Source: an uncultured Candidatus Micrarchaeota archaeon (lineage in GTDB: Archaea; Micrarchaeota; Micrarchaeia; Anstonellales; Bilamarchaeaceae). From it: 64,000 nucleotides of DNA. The notes beneath the pieces were generated by a model. That model worked only from the letters and a program-made list of their open reading frames with translations. It had not been told where the DNA came from and searched no databases. Positions 1-9,523 of this stretch are shown one piece after another (position 1 is the first letter of the stretch; every line of letters begins with the position of its first letter). Both the position numbers and the translations under genes were made by a program. The stretch covers positions 5,234 to 69,233 of the forward strand of contig CAILMQ010000063.1 in the NCBI GenBank assembly GCA_903835385.1. The letters run 5' to 3'.

Positions 1-1
1 A

Positions 2-2752
2 TATTCGCCCATATTCATGGAGCTGGACCCCTACTACTACACCTATGTCAGCCAGCAGGTCCTGGTTGGCGGGGGCAATTTCCCCAATGACCAGACCGCC
101 TGGTACCCTGACGTGATCGTGGATCACCGGGAGGTGCCGGAAATCTCCTATCTGGAGGCGACATGGTACTCGTTCTACACCGGAGGCGGGGCATACGACA
201 ACATGCTCCTGGCCGCCCTGGCATCGCTCTATCCGCCCATAGCCGCGGCATTGGCGGTGTTCTTCATCTACCTGTTCCTGTCCGCCTATTACAAGAAGGA
301 ATGGGCAGTGCTCGCGGCAGGCATCACCGCCTTCATACCCGTGTTCCTGATGAAGACCGTGGCAGGCGAGATGGAGATACAGCCCTACGCGTTCTTCTCC
401 ATCGCGTTCTTCCTCGCAATGTACGCCTCCATGCTCAGGGAGAAGCACATAAAATTCGCCTTCCTCTCGGCAATCGCATTCATAGCAATGACCCTCGGCA
501 GCGGCTCGGACCTGGTGATAATCACAGCGCTGCTGCTTTTCATCCCGCTCCAGTCGGTTTTCATCTTCCTCACGGCCGGGGAAAAGGGCAAAGAGGAGCT
601 CAGGACGCTGTGCATCAACAACGCCGTAATACTCCTGCTCGGCGTATTCCTGTTTTCCTGCGTGATAAAGGGCCTTTTCTACAATGGCGGCATTGGATTC
701 GGGCACACAATCGCCATCACCATGGCAATCGCAATCTGCGGCGCGCTCTACGCCATCCGCACCTACGTGCCTGACGCGAAGCGGGCGCGGAACATGCTCA
801 TCGCAATGATTCTCGCCGGGCTTTTCCTGTTCTTCTTCACTCCACTGGGCGATGTCGTCAGGGACATAGGCACCGCCGGCCTGGGCATAGCGCAGTTCAA
901 CGCGCCCCTCGACCGCACCATAGCGGAGCAGAACGTGGCGGGCTCGGATTTCTCAGGGGAATTCGGCTTTGTGGCAACGGCATACCCGCCGGTGATAGGC
1001 GGCGTGATGGACGTTATAACGTCCATGGTCAACACCGCCCTGGACCTGGCGGTCCGGATACTCAACTGGATTTTCAACACCAGCCTGCAATACGACCCCA
1101 AGGTCAACAGCCTGCTCATGCTCTGGCTGTTCCTGTTCGGCGCCACGCTCGCATACTCGGCCTACCGCCTGTTCAAGGGCGAGGACACGCCCGTGCTGCT
1201 CTTCGCCACGCTCATAATCCCGCCCCTGCTCGTAGGCCTGCTCAAGGCCAAATACAGCATATACTCGGGTTTCCTGCTGGCCGCGGCCATTGGATTCACG
1301 TTCGGCGAGTCCGAGCAGGCCATAACCCGGTTCCTCGCCCGTTCGGCCAAAAACGAGGATGAAAAGAAGGAGTACCTGTCCTATGCATACTACGCGCTCA
1401 CGGTCATCGCCGCCATGCTCCTCATCCTCCAGTTCACCGCAAGCGCGGGCGGCCTGTCGAAGTCGCTCGTGGTCTCCTCGCTCACGGCAACCCGGTTCCA
1501 GGACGACCCCGGGGCGCTCAAGGCGAAATTCCAGTCGCTGTGCGACGAGCTCAACTCGAAAAACATGAGCGAGCAGTCCATCTGTGACCAGTACAGCAGT
1601 TCGGGGATGGGTTTCTGCACCGCATACGACTCGCCGATTTGCACCGTCGCGGCGGACCCGGTCGCCTACGCCAGCCAGGGCACGAACAGCCAGTACAACC
1701 GCAAGCTCTGCTACTACTCGCTCATTTCCGACATACTGAACCCCAAGAACGAGGAGCTGCTTGCCGCGAACCTGAGATGCGAGCGCATATCCGAGTACTG
1801 GATAGAGTCCATGGAGTGGATAAGGTACGACACCGAGAACAATTCGCGCACCACGTCCTGGTGGGACTACGGGCACTGGATAAACTTCTTCGGCCAGAAG
1901 GACACCGTGCTCAGGAACGAGCATGCCTCCAATTTCATGATAGGCGAGGTGGCCCACGACTACATAGACGGGACCCCCGAGGACCTGGCGCAGTTCATGC
2001 GCAGCAGGAACAGCTCGTACGCCCTCTTCGACATGGAGCTCGTCGCGGGCGGCAACCCATTCGGCGGCAAATACGGCGCCCTGAACTATCTTTCCTGCGC
2101 CAGGGACAACGAGACCAACGTCTCGCTCCAGCCGGGCATGTCCCAGTGCGAGGCCGAGCACCTCTGGGAGATGGTCTACATCCCCAAGGACAGCACCGGC
2201 AGGACCTGCACCATATCCAAATCCGGGAACAAGACCGGGGTGATAGGCTACGAGGCCTACTGGACCTATGACCGCTCGGTGCAGCCCCTTCTCAGCACCA
2301 CCTACCCGAACGTCATGGGCTATAACTGCTACGGGGATCACCTCAACGACCCGACCACGCTGGCGGTATGCCAGAACATGGTCATGCTCAGGCCCACCTA
2401 CTGCGTGGGGCCCGCGCTTCTCGCGAACGGGCAGCAGACCTACGGGACCTATCTGCTCAACGAGACCTATCCGAACGGCGACCTCAAGCTCAACAAGGCC
2501 CAGCTGGTCTCGCCGCAAAGCTATGCGCAGACCTATCATCTCGGTGACGCCTACGGCGTGGCGCTCATATACAACGAGGACCCGGTGTTCCTTGAAAACG
2601 GCCAGGTGACATCCGGCTATGATGATCGGAGGACGAAATTCTACTCATCAAACATTTACCGGGCTCTGTTCGTGGGCGACCTGCCGGGCTTCAGCCTGGT
2701 TTTCCAGACCAAGGACGGCCAGGTCAAGATTTACAGGCTGAACCCGCAGTGA
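2..2752 (+). CDS. aglB: Archaeal oligosaccharyltransferase AglB (STT3 family), probably 5'-truncated by the window edge
   Basis: The frame of ORF 17..2752 stays open back to nt 2. The N-terminal half is polytopic and hydrophobic. ELDPYYY at the very start resembles the acidic first-external-loop motif of STT3, which normally follows TM1, so TM1 probably lies upstream. The canonical WWDYGHW (WWDxG) motif is present, followed by a large soluble C-terminal domain. Confidence 0.9.
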   Translation, partial: YSPIFMELDPYYYTYVSQQVLVGGGNFPNDQTAWYPDVIVDHREVPEISYLEATWYSFYTGGGAYDNMLLAALASLYPPIAAALAVFFIYLFLSAYYKKEWAVLAAGITAFIPVFLMKTVAGEMEIQPYAFFSIAFFLAMYASMLREKHIKFAFLSAIAFIAMTLGSGSDLVIITALLLFIPLQSVFIFLTAGEKGKEELRTLCINNAVILLLGVFLFSCVIKGLFYNGGIGFGHTIAITMAIAICGALYAIRTYVPDAKRARNMLIAMILAGLFLFFFTPLGDVVRDIGTAGLGIAQFNAPLDRTIAEQNVAGSDFSGEFGFVATAYPPVIGGVMDVITSMVNTALDLAVRILNWIFNTSLQYDPKVNSLLMLWLFLFGATLAYSAYRLFKGEDTPVLLFATLIIPPLLVGLLKAKYSIYSGFLLAAAIGFTFGESEQAITRFLARSAKNEDEKKEYLSYAYYALTVIAAMLLILQFTASAGGLSKSLVVSSLTATRFQDDPGALKAKFQSLCDELNSKNMSEQSICDQYSSSGMGFCTAYDSPICTVAADPVAYASQGTNSQYNRKLCYYSLISDILNPKNEELLAANLRCERISEYWIESMEWIRYDTENNSRTTSWWDYGHWINFFGQKDTVLRNEHASNFMIGEVAHDYIDGTPEDLAQFMRSRNSSYALFDMELVAGGNPFGGKYGALNYLSCARDNETNVSLQPGMSQCEAEHLWEMVYIPKDSTGRTCTISKSGNKTGVIGYEAYWTYDRSVQPLLSTTYPNVMGYNCYGDHLNDPTTLAVCQNMVMLRPTYCVGPALLANGQQTYGTYLLNETYPNGDLKLNKAQLVSPQSYAQTYHLGDAYGVALIYNEDPVFLENGQVTSGYDDRRTKFYSSNIYRALFVGDLPGFSLVFQTKDGQVKIYRLNPQ

Positions 2753-2893
2753 AGCGACGGATGCGCCAAAAAAACAAAAAGCGCGAGCGCTCGCGGGCAT
2801 TTGAAGAACGGGACGGGCGACCACGGAAATCAGGTGTCTGTTTAGAAAGTCTTTAAATGCTCAAGAAAGAAACTTCAGTTAGAGGGTGGCAGA

Positions 2894-3109
2894 ATGAAAA
2901 GGGAAAGTTTAGTGGTGATTCTTACTGAAGAAGGCAAACTTGACTCACTGATGATCGCGTCTCGTGCCTCTAGAGAGGATATCGAACTCGCACTTTCCGA
3001 AACTTACTCGCTAAATGGCATTCAATGGATGGAGATACGCAAAGTTTCAATGCAATCCCTGAAAGCACTCAATAAAGCATTTGGCAAAAGGTACACTACG
3101 CACTCATGA
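2894..3109 (+). CDS. Hypothetical small protein (71 aa) in the AT-rich islet
   Basis: ATG start preceded by GAGGGTGG (Shine-Dalgarno-like). Same strand as, and 35 nt upstream of, the DpnI-like gene. No recognisable motif. Confidence 0.35.
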   Translation: MKRESLVVILTEEGKLDSLMIASRASREDIELALSETYSLNGIQWMEIRKVSMQSLKALNKAFGKRYTTHS

Positions 3110-3143
3110 AAGATTAATAAGTTGCTGACTTGTTTTAAGCTGT

Positions 3144-3917
3144 ATGGACCTTGATTTGCATGATACCTGGGTTTTAACAAATTATAAAAGTCCTTCACAA
3201 CAAGCCCGTTTGATTACAGAACGGTGGTTCGCTTCGCAGATGTACTGCCCCAATTGTCTGAATTTGCATATTACCCCCGCGGAAACCAATGCTAAAGTTA
3301 TTGATTTTTTATGCAAGAACTGTGCCCATGAGTTTCAGCTCAAAAGTAAGAAAAGCAAAATATCTGGCAAGATAACCGATGGTGCATATCGTCCAATGAT
3401 TGAGAGGATTGAAGCCAATACTGCGCCAGACTTTTTCTTTATGGAATATTTGCCAGAAGAATGGATGGTGAAGAACCTTTTTCTTATACCGCGTTTTTTC
3501 ATGAATAAAACGATAATAGAAAAACGGCGCCCGCTCTCGAGCACTGCTGAAAGAAGAGGGTGGATTGGTTGTAACATCCTGTTTTCAAAAGTGCCGGAAG
3601 AAGGCCGAATAGCCGTAATCAAAGATGAGACCGCTATTCGAAAAGAAGATGTCCAAAAAAAATATCGAGCACTGGCCTTTTTGGACTCAAAAAACTACGC
3701 CCAGCGAGGGTGGTTTGCAGATGTTTTATATTTCGTAAGAAAATTGGACTCAAAATCCTTCAGTTTGAGTGATATGTACGGGTTTGCAGATGAATTGGAA
3801 AAATTACATCCCGAAAATAAGCATATCCATGAGAAGATACGGCAGCAACTGCAAATACTGCGAGACCGCCGTATCCTGCACTTTGACGGGAACGGAAGAT
3901 ACAGTATCGTAAAATAA
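3144..3917 (+). CDS. DpnI-family type IIM (methyl-directed) restriction endonuclease
   Basis: From memory, it is collinear with S. pneumoniae DpnI. Shared elements: YKSPSQQARLITERW, CPNC...CKNC zinc site, FQLKSKK, DGAYRPM, APDFFF, ERRGWIGCNI, and a C-terminal winged-helix tail ending HEKIRQQLQILRDRRIL..GRY. Length (257 aa) is similar. The gene is markedly more AT-rich than its flanks. Confidence 0.85.
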   Translation: MDLDLHDTWVLTNYKSPSQQARLITERWFASQMYCPNCLNLHITPAETNAKVIDFLCKNCAHEFQLKSKKSKISGKITDGAYRPMIERIEANTAPDFFFMEYLPEEWMVKNLFLIPRFFMNKTIIEKRRPLSSTAERRGWIGCNILFSKVPEEGRIAVIKDETAIRKEDVQKKYRALAFLDSKNYAQRGWFADVLYFVRKLDSKSFSLSDMYGFADELEKLHPENKHIHEKIRQQLQILRDRRILHFDGNGRYSIVK

Positions 3918-4028
3918 GGGTCAGTGTTTTCGCTGCCAGGTATTTATGGCATTATGGTGTCTATTCGCTTTTTACAAAGAACATAGTGGAGAAGCGACGA
4001 ATAACCGAACTAATGAGAATATGTAAGT

Positions 4029-6278
4029 TTATTGCAGCAGCTTGGACTTCTTCTTCCACTCCTCGATGGTGTCCTTGAACTTCTCGCGCGGTATGAAAAG
4101 CGCGCTGTCCGTATCCTCGTCCTTCATGATTACGAACACCAGCCTGTCGCCCACCGCGGCGAAGCTGGAGAGCTCGGCATGCCCGAGGGATTTGGCGAGC
4201 GAGCGCAGGTAGCCCCGCAGCTTGAGCGAGAGCGCCGCAGGGACCGTTGCTGCGCCCCGCGCCATGTGCGCCGCCGCCAGCTCGTCCTTGCGGATGACAA
4301 TGGCCCCTTCGAGCAGCCCGTGAGCCACCATGCCGGCGATGAGCGATTCGGAGGTGACCTTCTTCTTCTTTATCCCATCATGCTCGAACACAACGCCTTC
4401 GGCGGCGTGTTCCCTCGCATAGCGCGACAGGCACCATGCCCGCAGCGAGGCGGGCACGGTGATGAGCGAGCTTATATCCACCTCGTCCTGCTCGGCAAGC
4501 AGCTGGTTTATGTGCTCAGACCATTTCGGCCAGCTCGCATCCGCAGTCTTCTTCCTCTCCGCGAGCCGTTCGATGGCGCTCTCCACGTCGCCCAGGTCCT
4601 TCTCTATCATCTTCTTGCTGTCCGGCGTCATTTTCCTGGCGGACTCGTCCACCCTCTCCGGGGAGATGGAGGCCAGTATGTCGTACTCCGCGCTCACATC
4701 GAACTCCTCCCTGGAGCAGGCGTCCACCAGCTGCTGGAGTTCCGTAATCTTGTCCTTGACGCTGGCCGCCCTGGCGATGAACAGGTCCTTCTCCTCCCGT
4801 ATCACAACCCCGTAAATCCTTTCCAGCGCCATTATCTTCAGCCGGTTCTCCAGCGCAGTGTAGAGCAGGAAAAGGCCGATGAACATGCAGCCCACGCTCA
4901 CGAGCGACGCGGCCGCGTTTATGCTCAGGACGAGCCCGGTGAAATAATCCACCGAGCTGAACAGGGAGCTCGGGGCCGTCGCGTCCGGCGCCACGAACGC
5001 CGCCACGTAATAGCCGATGACGAGCAGGACGATGCCGATGATGGCGTCAGTCTTCCAGCGGGGCTCCGCCTTGCCGATGGCCTTGCGGACTCCGGCCATC
5101 ACGCCCAGCTTGTTCATCTCTGCCCATGCCACATTATATGCGATGGCCAGCAGGTTGACCGCTATCATGAGGATTATGAGCGTGAGCGAGAGCGATATGC
5201 CGAGCGCTATGAAGAAGCTGCCCGTGATGCCGTAGAGGATGTTGAACAGTGAGTCGGGCACTATGAAAAGCCTGAGGTCAAGCTTGTTCACCACGAACGC
5301 GGGGGAATGCAGGCCTGCCACAAGCTCTTCGGGCAGCCTGGCTGACTTGAACCTGTACGCCATCATGTCGCCCGAGGACGTCGTCCGTTCCGAATCCCAG
5401 TCTATGGTGTAGGCGGAGCCGTTCCTGGCAACCTTTATCAGCTGGTTGGAGCTCAGGTTGTCCTCGCTTGCCAAAAATCCAGGCGGGATGGTGTCCGCGA
5501 GCTCCACGTTGCTGCCGGGTTCGCCATTGGTCCAAACAGTGACGAAATAGTTGTAGCTCGCAGGCCGGGCTTCGTAGGTGCCTATCTGGCCCGCTGTGGA
5601 GGCGAGCATGTCCGCCCCTACATCCGTCCTTGTGCAGAGCAGCAGTTGCTGGCTGTTGTACATCGGGTTGCTGTACATGTCGGCCATGGCCCCGACCAGG
5701 CCGAGCACCTTGTTGAGATAGGCGTTCTTTTCGTCCACCGACGCGTTCCTCTGCCTGATGATTTCGTCGCGCACCTGGAAGAAAATCCCGTCCATGCGGT
5801 TCCTGTCGTTTACGAATTCCACCATCGAGGCGGGCACCGCGTCCTGGTAGCCGGTGAGCAGCTTGTTGCATTTGTAGGCGCCCTTGCACAGCGCGGTGCA
5901 GGTGCTGACGTCGGTGCAGTCCTTCTTCAATCCGGCGTTGGCCGCGCACGCCTCGAAGGCGAGGGAAGAGTCTCCCGAAACCGCATCAAGATTCGAGCGC
6001 ATGGTCACGAGCTGGAGGTCGCTGAGGTTCTTGAAGGACGTGTAAGCGGCAGTGTTGTGCACCGCCACCGCGATTTGCCTCCTTATGGTGTGGCCTTCCA
6101 CAGTGACCGGGTAGAAATCATAGACCATGAGGTCCGTCGCCCCGTCCCCGTCCAGGTCGTACTTCTGCGTATTGAATACGGTTTCCTGCTTCGTCTCGGG
6201 ATAGGCCTTGGTTATGGTGCAGCCGTATGCCATTGACAGGGCTAGCACGGCTAGGAGGATGAGGGCCGGATTGCGCAT
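4029..6278 (-). CDS. Large membrane protein with lipoprotein-like signal peptide, function unknown
   Basis: N-terminus MRNPALILLAVLALSMAYGC resembles a signal peptide with lipobox Cys. A DLDGDGATD Ca-binding-like loop is present. A Cys-rich extracellular region is followed by a cluster of TM helices mid-protein and a charged, coiled-coil-like C-terminal domain. Confidence 0.6.
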   Translation of the reverse strand: MRNPALILLAVLALSMAYGCTITKAYPETKQETVFNTQKYDLDGDGATDLMVYDFYPVTVEGHTIRRQIAVAVHNTAAYTSFKNLSDLQLVTMRSNLDAVSGDSSLAFEACAANAGLKKDCTDVSTCTALCKGAYKCNKLLTGYQDAVPASMVEFVNDRNRMDGIFFQVRDEIIRQRNASVDEKNAYLNKVLGLVGAMADMYSNPMYNSQQLLLCTRTDVGADMLASTAGQIGTYEARPASYNYFVTVWTNGEPGSNVELADTIPPGFLASEDNLSSNQLIKVARNGSAYTIDWDSERTTSSGDMMAYRFKSARLPEELVAGLHSPAFVVNKLDLRLFIVPDSLFNILYGITGSFFIALGISLSLTLIILMIAVNLLAIAYNVAWAEMNKLGVMAGVRKAIGKAEPRWKTDAIIGIVLLVIGYYVAAFVAPDATAPSSLFSSVDYFTGLVLSINAAASLVSVGCMFIGLFLLYTALENRLKIMALERIYGVVIREEKDLFIARAASVKDKITELQQLVDACSREEFDVSAEYDILASISPERVDESARKMTPDSKKMIEKDLGDVESAIERLAERKKTADASWPKWSEHINQLLAEQDEVDISSLITVPASLRAWCLSRYAREHAAEGVVFEHDGIKKKKVTSESLIAGMVAHGLLEGAIVIRKDELAAAHMARGAATVPAALSLKLRGYLRSLAKSLGHAELSSFAAVGDRLVFVIMKDEDTDSALFIPREKFKDTIEEWKKKSKLLQ

Positions 6279-6315
6279 GGCGAACCTTTATTAGATTACG
6301 TTTAAATCCTTTACC

Positions 6316-7632
6316 ATGCCTTCCCATTTGTTCAGAGACGTGCTTGAGCGGATACGGCCCTCCAGGAAGGAGCGCGAGGAGGAGCTGCTGGTCGCCAGGC
6401 GCCTGATACGGAAGGTGGCCTCCGTGCGGCCAAAAGGCTGCAGGGTGGTGCTCACGGGCTCTGTCGCCAAGGGCACGTTCCTTCGCGATTCCAAGGACAT
6501 AGACGTGTTCGTGCTTTTCAGCCGCACCTTCCCGAAGTCGGGATTCGAGCCCGCCATCGAAGCGATGGTGAAGAAGGCGTTTCCGGGCCTTGGCTACAGG
6601 CTGAGCTATGCCGAGCACCCATATGCAAGGTTCCATTTCCAGGGCAGGCGCATAGACCTGGTGCCTGCCTACGCAATAAAAGGGGCGCAGGAGCGGCTGA
6701 GCGCGGTGGACCGCTCCGTGCTCCATACGAAGTACGTGCTCGGCAACATGGGCGCACGGCAAAAAGACGAGGTGCTCCTCCTCAAGCAGTTCCTGAAGGC
6801 GAACGGCCTCTATGGCGCGGAAATAAAGGTGGAGGGGTTCTCCGGCTACCTCTGCGAGCTGCTCGTAGTGCAATACGGCTCCTTCGCGAGGCTGCTCTCG
6901 GCCGCATCCTGCTGGAAGCTTCCGCTGCTCGTGGACCCGAAGGGGTTGTATCGCAGGGCTGGCAAAAAGGAGCGGGAGGCGCTGTTCGCGGGTTTCGGCT
7001 CCGATTTCCTGGTGATAGACCCGACAGACAGGGACAGGAACGTGGCGGCAGCGGTTTCAGGGGAAAACGTCGCGCGCTTCGCCGGCCTTGCCAGGCGGTT
7101 CCGGAAGCGGCCGTCCGCCGGTTTCTTTTTCAGGACGCAACCCTCCTTCGCCGGGAGGGCCGCCGCCCTCGCCTCCAGGGGCCATGCATACGTAATCAGC
7201 CTGATGAAGCCGGATGTGGTGGACGACGTGCTCTGGGGCCAGCTCAAGAAGGCCATGAAGCAGCTGTCCGCCCGGCTCATGGAAGACGGTTTCCGGTCCC
7301 GCGTCCCGGGTTTTGGCATGGAGGCCGACGATTCCGGAGGCCTGCTGAGAATCGCATTTTCCGTTGAACAAGACCTGCTCCCCAGGTCCGCAATGGTGGA
7401 AGGCCCCCCTATTTCCATGCTCCAGCCCACGCTGAACTTCATGAGGCATCACGCCCATGCCAAATTCGCGAGGAAGAGGGGCAGGATATCCGCGGTCGTG
7501 CGGCGCGCGATACGGATGCCGGAACAGTCCGTGGATGCAGTCTTCTCGTCAATGTGCGGGAAGGGGAAATCGCATTTGTTTTACCCGCTGTCGGTGGCGA
7601 AGGTGCCGAAGCCGGAAAAGAAGCGAAGATGA
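6316..7632 (+). CDS. cca: CCA-adding tRNA nucleotidyltransferase (archaeal class I)
   Basis: The motif GSVAKGTFLRDSKDIDVFVLF is the class-I nucleotidyltransferase signature. Length and architecture (438 aa) are typical of archaeal CCA enzymes. The tRNA in this window lacks an encoded CCA. Confidence 0.85.
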   Translation: MPSHLFRDVLERIRPSRKEREEELLVARRLIRKVASVRPKGCRVVLTGSVAKGTFLRDSKDIDVFVLFSRTFPKSGFEPAIEAMVKKAFPGLGYRLSYAEHPYARFHFQGRRIDLVPAYAIKGAQERLSAVDRSVLHTKYVLGNMGARQKDEVLLLKQFLKANGLYGAEIKVEGFSGYLCELLVVQYGSFARLLSAASCWKLPLLVDPKGLYRRAGKKEREALFAGFGSDFLVIDPTDRDRNVAAAVSGENVARFAGLARRFRKRPSAGFFFRTQPSFAGRAAALASRGHAYVISLMKPDVVDDVLWGQLKKAMKQLSARLMEDGFRSRVPGFGMEADDSGGLLRIAFSVEQDLLPRSAMVEGPPISMLQPTLNFMRHHAHAKFARKRGRISAVVRRAIRMPEQSVDAVFSSMCGKGKSHLFYPLSVAKVPKPEKKRR

Positions 7633-7769
7633 GCTACGGTACGTACGGAAAGTACGCAAAAGGATAATTCAACAAAAACTTCAAGGTTCGAGCAGTTCGC
7701 GAATCAATAGCGAGGTCCGCGAGACCGAAGAATCGGGCGCGAGCTCGTTTCGAGCGAACGATAAGCGAA

Positions 7770-7785
7770 TTTTTTTTTATTTTTT
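7770..7785 (+). terminator. T-tract (T9 A T6), candidate archaeal terminator downstream of cca
   Basis: Long oligo-T run on the + strand in the gap between the convergent cca and beta-CASP genes. Confidence 0.35.
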
Positions 7786-7811
7786 AGGCGAATCAAGGGT
7801 AAGTCAAGCCG

Positions 7812-9059
7812 CTACAATTCCAGCCTTTCGCCCGTCTTGGGAGCCACGGCATCATAGCCGAAGTCGTCCCGCAGCTCGGTGGCGAACCTTTCGGTTTCGT
7901 CCCCGTGCACGAGGACTATGCGCCCGGGGTTGGCCCATTTTATGAAGTTCAGCAAATCCGCCCTGCCTGCGTGCGCGGAAAGGTCGAAATACTCAACCGG
8001 CAGGTCCACCTCCAGGTCCCGCTCGTCCACCGTGATGTAGCCGTCCTTCTGGAGCTTCCAGCCGTTCGTGCCCTCGATGCAGTATCCCGTGAACACCACC
8101 CTGGAGTCCTGGTTGACATTGAACAGGTAATTCAGTATCGGGCCTCCGGACAGCATGCCTGCCGACGAGATTATCACCCCTGGCGTCTGGACCGCCTCCC
8201 GCTTGTCGTTGGGGCCCCGCACCATAGTTGCGCTCCTGACCGCCTTCTTGAAAAAGTTCGGGTCCTTGAGGTACTTCGGGTGCTTCATGTAGATGTCGGT
8301 TATTTTCCTGCCCATGCCGTCCACATATATCGGGACCCGCGGCTCGTGCTTCCGCACGAGCGATAGGAGCTCCTGGGTCCTGCCCAGCGAAAACGAGGGG
8401 AACAGCATGGTGCCGCCCTCCTTCACCGTCGCCCTCACCTCGTCCATGACCTGCTTCTCCACCTCCGCCCTGGGCGGGTGGTCGCGGAACGCGTAGGTGC
8501 ACTCTATTATCAGGGTGTCCACGTCCTCCACGGGCCTGGCGCCGCGGTGCATGCAGGTCTCCTCCATCTTCAGGTCGCCGGTATAGCAGATGGTCTTTCC
8601 CCCGTGCTCTATGTTCACTATCGCCGCGCCGGATATGTGGCCGGCGTCGCTCAGGGTTATCTTCGTGTCCCCGGTGTGGAGCGTCTGCCCGTACATGACC
8701 GGCGTCCAGTCCTTGAGAGCCTTATTCAAATGGCTGTCCTGGTAGGGGAGCTGGGGGCCCATGATTTTCATGGAGTCGGCCCAGAGCAGCTCGCAGAATT
8801 CCACCGTAGGCGGAGTGGCATACCACCGCAGCCTCTTGTTGCCCTTGTAAAGCGCGGGTACGAATCCGGAATGGTCCAGGTGGGCGTGGGATATCACCGC
8901 GAAATCGGGATTTATACCCTCGAGCGGGAACTGCGGCTGGCCTGTCTTGTCGAATATCTTCACGCCGTAGTCAAGAAGCACTTTTTTGTCGGTCTGGAGA
9001 AGGAAGGCGCTCCGGCCCACTTCCCCTGATGCGCCGTAGCAGTCAAGATGTATGGTCAT
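7812..9059 (-). CDS. Metallo-beta-lactamase / beta-CASP family ribonuclease (aCPSF2-like)
   Basis: HAHLDHSG metallo-beta-lactamase motif. About 415 aa with a beta-CASP-like C-terminal half. The ORF-track start at 9068 is TTG; the first ATG is at 9059 (MTIHLDCYG...). Confidence 0.8.
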   Translation of the reverse strand: MTIHLDCYGASGEVGRSAFLLQTDKKVLLDYGVKIFDKTGQPQFPLEGINPDFAVISHAHLDHSGFVPALYKGNKRLRWYATPPTVEFCELLWADSMKIMGPQLPYQDSHLNKALKDWTPVMYGQTLHTGDTKITLSDAGHISGAAIVNIEHGGKTICYTGDLKMEETCMHRGARPVEDVDTLIIECTYAFRDHPPRAEVEKQVMDEVRATVKEGGTMLFPSFSLGRTQELLSLVRKHEPRVPIYVDGMGRKITDIYMKHPKYLKDPNFFKKAVRSATMVRGPNDKREAVQTPGVIISSAGMLSGGPILNYLFNVNQDSRVVFTGYCIEGTNGWKLQKDGYITVDERDLEVDLPVEYFDLSAHAGRADLLNFIKWANPGRIVLVHGDETERFATELRDDFGYDAVAPKTGERLEL

Positions 9060-9113
9060 ACACCACAATTACCTGTGCAATGTTTATATTGTTTTCCGAT
9101 TCTAACTCCGAAT

Positions 9114-9518
9114 ATGCCAGACCTCCGGGACGTGCTAAAGAACCTTTACATGTCGGTAGCGCTCCTCTGCATAATTTATGTCGTGGGAACGGTATTCTAT
9201 CACCACGTCGAGGGATGGTCCTACCTGGACTGCGTATACTTCATCACCACGACCGTGGCGACAGTCGGCTATGGGGACCTCCACCCGGTAACCCCTCTGG
9301 GCAAAATGTTCACCATAGGCCTTATACTCGTCGGAGTGTCCATCGCGCTGTCGGCGATTTATTCCATAGCGGCCTACCGCGAACGGACCTTCGACCAGCA
9401 GCTACTGAACAGGCTGTCCATACTCCGGAACCTCACATCGCTCCATGGCCTCCGCCACGAGGACAAGAAGAAGCCCAAGTTCCTCCAGTCCCTTGGCCAA
9501 AAAATCGGCGAAGTCTGA
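9114..9518 (+). CDS. Minimal two-TM potassium channel (KcsA-like pore)
   Basis: TTVATVGYGD selectivity filter flanked by two hydrophobic helices. The ATG at 9114 avoids overlap with the divergent gene that starts at 9059. Confidence 0.75.
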   Translation: MPDLRDVLKNLYMSVALLCIIYVVGTVFYHHVEGWSYLDCVYFITTTVATVGYGDLHPVTPLGKMFTIGLILVGVSIALSAIYSIAAYRERTFDQQLLNRLSILRNLTSLHGLRHEDKKKPKFLQSLGQKIGEV

Positions 9519-9523
9519 TTCAG

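Noticed and set aside
953-2539. A 528-aa ORF on the minus strand inside aglB
   Set aside because: It is antisense to a gene with clear STT3 motifs. Its product is Arg/Gly/Val/Leu-rich and low-complexity, as expected for stop-poor antisense frames in GC-rich DNA.
4032-5252. A 406-aa plus-strand ORF overlapping the 4029..6278 membrane-protein gene
   Set aside because: It has an antisense-frame composition (Arg/His/Gly-rich) and no motifs. The minus-strand product has a coherent signal peptide, TM cluster and domain architecture.
9029-9523. The N-terminal 165 codons of ORF 9029..10207
   Set aside because: This part overlaps the K+ channel gene in another frame and shows no ThiF similarity. The ThiF-like sequence begins at the ATG at 9524, right after the channel stop.
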